Positions 57,815 through 64,000 of a stretch of 64,000 nt of DNA are shown here, in pieces (position 1 is the stretch's first letter; each line of letters starts with the position of its first letter). A program made the position numbers and the translations under genes. The notes below the pieces were generated by a model that worked only from the letters and a program-made list of their open reading frames with translations, was not told where the DNA came from and made no database searches. The stretch spans positions 1 through 64,000 of the forward strand of contig JAGXNO010000014.1 of NCBI GenBank assembly GCA_019894975.1, given 5' to 3'. Source of the stretch: Promethearchaeota archaeon. Lineage in GTDB: Archaea > Asgardarchaeota > Lokiarchaeia > Sigyniarchaeales > SOKP01.

Positions 57815-59424
57815 TTGAACCACGGGTTTAATTGGGATTTTAACTATCCCTCTCAAAGAATGCCTGTTCTGGCAAAAAACATTGTATCTACATCTCAACC
57901 TTTAGCCTCTCAGGCAGGACTTAGAATGTTGTTGAAAGGTGGAAATGCAATTGATGCTGCGATTGCTGCAGCAATTACTTTAACCGTAGTAGAACCAACA
58001 AGTAATGGAATCGGAAGTGATGCTTTTGTGTTATTGTGGGATGGTAAAAAAATTATTGGTTTAAATGCAAGTGGAAGATCTCCAGATGCATGGGAACCGA
58101 GTCGTTTTTCTGATCTTAAGGAGATGCCTTTAATAGGTTGGGATGCTGTGACTGTACCAGGTGCTGTGTCTGCTTGGGTTGAACTTTCGAGAAATTATGG
58201 TCAACTTTCATTTATAGAATTATTCGAGCCAGCAATTAACTATGCTGAGAAGGGATTTCTAGTCTCACCTATAACTGCAAGAGCTTGGCAATCTGCACTT
58301 GTTTCTTATGAAAGTGATATGCCAAATTTCAGAAATTTATATCCTGATATCTATGATGCTTTTTTTCGAAATGGAAAAGCGCCAGAACCAGGTAGCATGT
58401 TTAAGTTTCCTGCTCAGGCTAAATCTTTAAGATTAATTGCGGAAACAGAAGGGGAGGCTTTTTACTTTGGTAAAATAGCTAAAAAGATCGTGAAACATTC
58501 TGAAAATACAGGGGGATGCTTAACATTAGAAGATTTAGAACGCCATAAGGTGACTTGGGAAAAATCACTAACAATTAATTATAAAAATATTACTCTACAT
58601 GAAATCCCACCTAATGGTCAAGGTATAGCAGCATTGATTATGCTTGGAATAATTGAAAAACTTGATTTAAGTTCATTTGAATTAGATTCTACTGATTTAG
58701 TTCATTTGCAATTAGAAGCTATGAAATTAGCATTCGCGGATGCTTATCGTTATATTTCAGATCCAACATCATTAGAATTTGATGCATCTAACTTGTTACG
58801 ATCTGAATATCTTACAGAAAGAGCCAATTGCATTAATTTAAAAGAAACTAAACAATTTAAAGCTGGGATCCCTAAAGGGGGAGACACAGTATATCTAACT
58901 GCAGCAGATTCTGATGGGATGATGATCTCCTATATCCAGTCAAATTATACTGGTTTTGGGTCAGGTATTGTCATTCCTAATACGGGAATAAGCCTTCAGA
59001 ATAGGGGAAACGGATTCTCTTTAGAAGAGGGGCACCCTAATCAAGTAGGCCCTAATAAACGTCCATTTCATACGATAATTCCTGCTTTCGTCACAGAAAA
59101 GGGGAAACCTTTAATGAGTTTTGGGGTTATGGGGGGCCGATGCAACCACAAGGTCATGCACAATTAATGATTCGAATCTTTGAGTATAATCAGAATCCTC
59201 AAGCAGCATTAGATTCTCCACGATGGCGTATTTCCCAAGATATGGAAGTTTATCTCGAATCTGGATTTAGTAAAGAATTATTTACAGGATTAGCTCAACT
59301 TGGGCATAGAATTTCTTTAAAAAATTATACAGCCTTTGGAGGGGGACAAATAATTTATAAACTTAATGATGGTTATTTGGGGGCATCTGATTGGCGTAAA
59401 GATGGTAATGCTGTAGGTTTTTAA
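57815..59424 (+). CDS. ggt: Gamma-glutamyltransferase, frameshifted at a G6 run (59131-59136)
   Basis: GGNAIDAA, GDTVY (catalytic Thr), NRG, KRPFHTIIP, FGVMGG. MQPQG continues in another frame; adding one base restores GVMGGPMQPQG. Confidence 0.92.
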
Positions 59425-59650
59425 CATATAAGTTAACAAGTTACAAATTTAAGAACGTAAATCACAAAAAAATTCATACTTTTTTTCCATTTTTGTAATA
59501 ATAGTTAGATCTTATAGTTATCAATTTTTCAAATAACATATTTAAATTTTCAAAAATTATTCCAGTTAAAGAAATTTAAGATTTTGATTTTCAATTAAAT
59601 TCAAAGAAACTTAGATTTAAATCTTCAATATTTAGAGGGTATTCGAACTA

Positions 59651-60247
59651 ATGAGTCATGACGGAAAAGATGTTGTTTTCAGTTTTAAAATAGTAATATG
59701 TGGGGCCAACGCTGCCGGGAAAACGTGTCTTTTTAATCGATACTGCTTTAATTCATTTGGTTTCGACACATCACCAACAATTGGAATAAATTTTCATTCA
59801 GTTTACTTAAAGATTAATTTTAAAGAAAACCCAGATGAACTAAAGGAAAACTATGTTGTCAATTCTATTTTTGATTTTGGTGGTCAAGAACGCTTCAAAC
59901 CTTTGCTTCCTAGATTTATTGAGGGTGCTAACGGAGCAGTATTAATTTTTGATTTAGTTAACCCTTTTACATTTAGTCAATTAGATTTCTGGTATGAACA
60001 AATCATTAAATTTGCTGTAAATCCGGATATACCAATACTTCTTGTAGGAACGAAAAGTGATTTAATAGAAAAAACTCCTCCATCAGAAATTGTCCAAGAG
60101 AATCTTATTCATAATTATATAAAAGAAAAAAAATTAGATGGTTTTTTTAGAACATCTTCTTTAGAGAATTCAAATGTCTTAGAAGTCTTTAAAGAAATAA
60201 ATGATATAATGTTAAGAAAGCTGCATATCCCCTATGTTGTAGCTTAA
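59651..60247 (+). CDS. Rab-like small GTPase
   Basis: GANAAGKT, SPTIG, FDFGGQERF, GTKSD, TSS. Confidence 0.9.
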   Translation: MSHDGKDVVFSFKIVICGANAAGKTCLFNRYCFNSFGFDTSPTIGINFHSVYLKINFKENPDELKENYVVNSIFDFGGQERFKPLLPRFIEGANGAVLIFDLVNPFTFSQLDFWYEQIIKFAVNPDIPILLVGTKSDLIEKTPPSEIVQENLIHNYIKEKKLDGFFRTSSLENSNVLEVFKEINDIMLRKLHIPYVVA

Positions 60248-60265
60248 GAGAAAATTGTAAAGAAA

Positions 60266-61342
60266 TTAAAACTCTCTCTCATATACAAAATCTGAGAATT
60301 CATTAAAGAAGATTTTTTGTTCCCTATTGAGATCAGGATAGATATCCTTTAAATTATTTTTTGCTTGTTCTACTAAATTTTTCGCTAAATGCTCAGCTAT
60401 CATTAAAGCATTAGTTTGAGTAAATATATCCTTCACACTTTTCACATCATTATTAGTGAGAGTTTCTTTACGATATACTTCATTCAGAATTTTTGATTGC
60501 TCTTCATCCGTGTTGTTTACAGCGAGAATGTAGATAATTTTAGATCTATTTTTCGCTTTTATATCATCTGTTAAATCTATGATATCGTCCCTAATGGCAT
60601 GAGCTTGACCAATACTTAGTAACGCATCGCTTAATGGTTTAATTTGATAATGAATGTTACCTTTAGCTAAAATAGCCCCTATTTTTGCAGATTTCTCAAA
60701 TAAACGGGCCCTCTGATACTCAGCAATATTTAAATACTGTTCTAAAGTCATAATTATATTATTATAATTCATATATTCTTCAATTAACTGGCCCTTCATT
60801 AAGAAATCCATCGCTTGGGTATATTCATTGATAGCTAAAAGTTTAGTTTGTTCTGGGAATTTCGCAGATTTTAATATATCCAATCCTAATAGATATCCTT
60901 GCATTCCACCTAGTATCGACATGTCTCTCCCATATAAATTTACTAACTCCTCCTTAATTGGGGCATTTGTATCTTTGTATGTCTGATTTAATTCATTCTT
61001 TAATTGAACATGAAAAGTTGGTTTATCTCTTCTTATTAAATCATCGTCTAATAAGTCGTCATGTATTAAATGTCCGCTATGTAGTAATTCAACTGCGATA
61101 GAAACTTCCCGGATTTGCTCGATCTGATCTTCTAAATACATTGGATTCACAATACCTGAAAAAGCAGCGTTCATTAAAACGGGATGGATTCTCTTTGCTT
61201 TCTCATTTAAAATAAATTCTTCGAGCTGTGTAATGAAATCTTTTAGAAGAATATCTTTTTCAATTTTGCTTATCCGAATGAAATATTTTTCCAATTCTCC
61301 GTCTACGAAAAATTTCTCTGTTTTTAAGTATTCTTCTATCAT
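60266..61342 (-). CDS. Polyprenyl diphosphate synthase (GGPP synthase-like)
   Basis: KRIHP, ELLH...LIHDDLLDDDLIRR, GQ, IRDDIID. Confidence 0.9.
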   Translation of the reverse strand: MIEEYLKTEKFFVDGELEKYFIRISKIEKDILLKDFITQLEEFILNEKAKRIHPVLMNAAFSGIVNPMYLEDQIEQIREVSIAVELLHSGHLIHDDLLDDDLIRRDKPTFHVQLKNELNQTYKDTNAPIKEELVNLYGRDMSILGGMQGYLLGLDILKSAKFPEQTKLLAINEYTQAMDFLMKGQLIEEYMNYNNIIMTLEQYLNIAEYQRARLFEKSAKIGAILAKGNIHYQIKPLSDALLSIGQAHAIRDDIIDLTDDIKAKNRSKIIYILAVNNTDEEQSKILNEVYRKETLTNNDVKSVKDIFTQTNALMIAEHLAKNLVEQAKNNLKDIYPDLNREQKIFFNEFSDFVYEREF

Positions 61343-61449
61343 TTTAAGATCATAAATAAATCGTTAGTCTTAATATAAAACATATAATAATTTAATTTAA
61401 TTATATCTAATTCCTATTAATTTTATACTAAAGGAGAATTTTAATTTTT

Positions 61450-61962
61450 ATGTTAATAGCTTGTATTTCTGACAGCCATGATCATATGGATCACATCTTA
61501 AAAGCAGTTTCAATTATAAATGAAAAAAAGGTTAGTGCCGTTATTCATTGCGGGGATTATGTTGCACCTTTTGTTAAGAAATGGTTTGATCACCTTGATG
61601 ATTCAATAAAGAAAAATTTTTTTGGAGTATTTGGTAATAATGATGGAGAAAAGTTGTTTTTAAAACAAAATTTAGGCCAGATATGTAAGTTTGCTCAAAA
61701 CGGGAATGAGTTAATTTTAGAATTAGGAGGAAAGAGAATTTTTGCATCCCATATGCCAAAACAAGAGACAATAAAAGCATTAGCAAATTCTGGGGAGTTT
61801 GATATTATTTTAACAGGACATACTCATGCTTTAAGAAATGAAAAAAATGATAAAGGGGTTTTAATAATAAATCCCGGGGAATTGTGTGGATATTTAACAG
61901 GTAAAGCAACATTTGCTTTAATAGATACAGACAAAATGGAATCAGATATCATTGAATTATAA
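61450..61962 (+). CDS. Metallophosphoesterase (YfcE/MJ0936 family)
   Basis: ISDSHD, HCGD, GNND, GHTH, INPG. Confidence 0.93.
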   Translation: MLIACISDSHDHMDHILKAVSIINEKKVSAVIHCGDYVAPFVKKWFDHLDDSIKKNFFGVFGNNDGEKLFLKQNLGQICKFAQNGNELILELGGKRIFASHMPKQETIKALANSGEFDIILTGHTHALRNEKNDKGVLIINPGELCGYLTGKATFALIDTDKMESDIIEL

Positions 61963-62016
61963 TATTATTTTCTCTCATTTTTACTTATAATTAATCCTTG
62001 CTCATTGAATTATTAA

Positions 62017-63432
62017 ATGTCAACATTATCACCTAAGGAAATTTACGGAGATTTTAAAAAAAGAAATTTAGATAAAAGTAAAGCTTCAGAATTATTGATA
62101 TCAGTCATTGAAAATCCTCTTGAATCAGATACTCGGATTAGGGTATCGAGTATAAAATTTTTAGGTCTAATAGGGTCAAAAGAAAAAAAAGTATATTTTT
62201 TCCTTGAGAACTTACTAATTTCTGATTTAAATGAGATAGTACGAGGAAATGCTGCAAGTACAATTATAAAGAATTTTCCCGAGTATGCATTTGAACCAAT
62301 TAAATGGTCTTTAGAATATGAAAAATCAGAGTCTTGTATAATTTTAATTATCAAAGCATTGGAAAAAACTAAAAATATGAAATTAAAATCGTTGCTAAAG
62401 ACTATTGATTATATCGATTTTAAAGACGAAATCTTTTTCCCTTTTGGAACTCACCCAACTATCAATTTAAGTAGTAAATATATTGATAGGATATCAAATA
62501 TTAAAGGTCTAAAGAATCTAATAAATCTAAATAAACTATATCTAAATTTTAATAGAATTACAGAAATAGACGGTTTAGAAAACCTAATAAATTTAAAATC
62601 CCTACATTTTCAATGGAATAATATTAGGGTAATTAAAGGATTGGAACACTTAAAGTTATTAGAATACCTCTACCTAAATAACAATGAGATCATTAAGATC
62701 CAAGGTATACATAACCTTTCTAATTTAAAATCTTTAATGATTTATGATAACCAGATCACAGAGATACAAAATTTAGACCATTTAGCAAACTTAGAAATTT
62801 TAAATCTACGTAACAACGGAATCTGTGAAATTAAAGGATTGAGTTGTCTCAATAATTTAAAAAGATTAGACTTAAGTAATAATAGGATAACTGAAATAAA
62901 AGGTCTAGATAACCTTCCTAACTTAGTATTTTTAGATTTAAGTTACAATCAAATATCTGAAATTAAAGGTTTAGATAATTTAAAAAACTTAAAAAATTTA
63001 GATCTTAGAAATAATCAAATAACTGCGATAAAAAAATTAGATATTTTAAAACAGCTACAACACCTATATTTAGGATTCAATAGGATATCAATAAAAGAAG
63101 ATAGTGAGCAAAACAGTATCCTTGATAATATAAATATCGAGGAAAATAATATTTCAAGTTCACTCTTTGATTTCTTTTATCATTATAAATCACCAGAAAA
63201 CTTAGATAACAAGAAATTTTTAGAAATAAGTGACGTTAAATTTATACCAGAATTATTCAAATCTCCTTCTATATTTAAAGAAATAAAATTGATGAGAAAT
63301 CCTTTAGATTTTTTTTCAAGTTCATCATGGACTGTGATATGGAAAAATAATGAGTTTGAAATTTTTCAACTTAGCAAATTTGGAAAGATAACATGGATTC
63401 AGAGAAGAAGGAATCAATATTTCTCTGAATAA
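62017..63432 (+). CDS. HEAT + SDS22-type leucine-rich repeat protein
   Basis: LENLLISDLNEIVRGNA HEAT repeat and about nine 22-aa LRRs (LxxLxLxxNxIxEIKGL). Confidence 0.9.
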   Translation: MSTLSPKEIYGDFKKRNLDKSKASELLISVIENPLESDTRIRVSSIKFLGLIGSKEKKVYFFLENLLISDLNEIVRGNAASTIIKNFPEYAFEPIKWSLEYEKSESCIILIIKALEKTKNMKLKSLLKTIDYIDFKDEIFFPFGTHPTINLSSKYIDRISNIKGLKNLINLNKLYLNFNRITEIDGLENLINLKSLHFQWNNIRVIKGLEHLKLLEYLYLNNNEIIKIQGIHNLSNLKSLMIYDNQITEIQNLDHLANLEILNLRNNGICEIKGLSCLNNLKRLDLSNNRITEIKGLDNLPNLVFLDLSYNQISEIKGLDNLKNLKNLDLRNNQITAIKKLDILKQLQHLYLGFNRISIKEDSEQNSILDNINIEENNISSSLFDFFYHYKSPENLDNKKFLEISDVKFIPELFKSPSIFKEIKLMRNPLDFFSSSSWTVIWKNNEFEIFQLSKFGKITWIQRRRNQYFSE

Positions 63433-63490
63433 TTTTATTCGAGCTTTACTTACCTAAAATTTTAATTATGATTTCCTAATCTTTAATATT

Positions 63491-64000
63491 ATGCCACTCC
63501 CTTTAGAAGGAAAAGTTATTTTAGATTTATCACGTATGCTTCCCGGCCCTTATTGTTCTATGATTTTAGGGGATCTTGGAGCGGAAGTCATTCGTGTTGA
63601 GGACCCAAACTATGCTTATGGTAATCCCCCTCCTTTTTTCCAAAAAGACAAATATCGTGAGAGCGCCTTTCATTCAATTCTAATGAGGAACAAGAAATCA
63701 GTAACTCTTAATCTTAAAAAGCCTGAAGCTAGGGAGATTTTTTATGAAATGGTTAAGCGAGCAGATGTAGTTCTCGATACTTTTCGACCAAAAGTAATGA
63801 ATAAATTAAAAATTGATTATGATACTTTAGCTTTAATCAATCCCTCAATAATCTGTTGCTCTCTAACTGGATATGGTCAATATGGCCCCTACGAGCAGAT
63901 TGCGGGTCATGATCTCAATTATATTGGAATTTGTGGTATTTTAGATTTAAATAAGGAGAGGGAAATCTATGGATCTGAAGAGAAAATGAAAACTCCTATA
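63491..64000 (+). CDS. Family III CoA-transferase (CaiB/BaiF), runs off the window
   Basis: Not in the ORF track. Manual translation MPLPLEGKVILDLSRMLPGPYCSMILGDLGAEVIRVE...RNKKSVTLNLK...GYGQYGPY...GHDLNY. Confidence 0.92.
   Translation, partial: MPLPLEGKVILDLSRMLPGPYCSMILGDLGAEVIRVEDPNYAYGNPPPFFQKDKYRESAFHSILMRNKKSVTLNLKKPEAREIFYEMVKRADVVLDTFRPKVMNKLKIDYDTLALINPSIICCSLTGYGQYGPYEQIAGHDLNYIGICGILDLNKEREIYGSEEKMKTPI

Noticed and set aside
59131-59140. Programmed frameshift in ggt
   Set aside because: A single base is missing at a G6-CC run, and I saw no convincing stimulatory structure or rationale. A homopolymer sequencing error or recent mutation is more likely.
62500-63090. 66-bp periodic DNA repeats
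   Set aside because: They are explained by the 22-aa LRR units of the encoded protein.
1-64000. CRISPR arrays, tRNA/rRNA genes, IS elements, prophage
   Set aside because: No regularly spaced repeats, no GC-rich cloverleaf or rRNA-like tracts in the intergenic regions, and no transposase, integrase or viral hallmark ORFs were seen by eye.

Overview
A gene-dense, AT-rich (roughly 30% GC by eye) archaeal chromosome segment, most consistent with an Asgard archaeon of the Lokiarchaeia type. The evidence is an Lsm-rpl37e pair, a tRNA-splicing endonuclease subunit and a PINA ATPase, together with many eukaryotic-signature proteins: an actin-related protein, a ubiquitin-like protein, two Rab-like GTPases, roadblock and longin proteins, and LRR, PCI/winged-helix and TIR proteins. 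Most of the window is housekeeping or metabolic (nadA, folD, purH, guaB, 2-hydroxyacyl-CoA dehydratase, two FabK/NMO paralogs, polyprenyl synthase, transporters). I saw no rRNA, tRNA, CRISPR array or transposase. Five observations stand out. (1) A 31-nt insert splits a gamma-carbonic-anhydrase gene and folds into a relaxed bulge-helix-bulge, making it a candidate mRNA intron; a non-catalytic splicing endonuclease subunit is encoded in the same window. (2) At least five genes appear to start at non-canonical codons (GTA, ATC, ATT, ATA) about 6 nt after a good Shine-Dalgarno (SD) motif. (3) An Ig-like/TM/TIR receptor-type gene lies divergent from a CorA-like two-TM protein fused to an ADP-ribose NUDIX domain, which is followed by nadA. 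(4) The actin-related protein carries a double zinc-ribbon insertion. (5) The 4.2-7.2 kb region is a mosaic of gene fragments. All assignments come from motif recognition by eye; no database searches were run.
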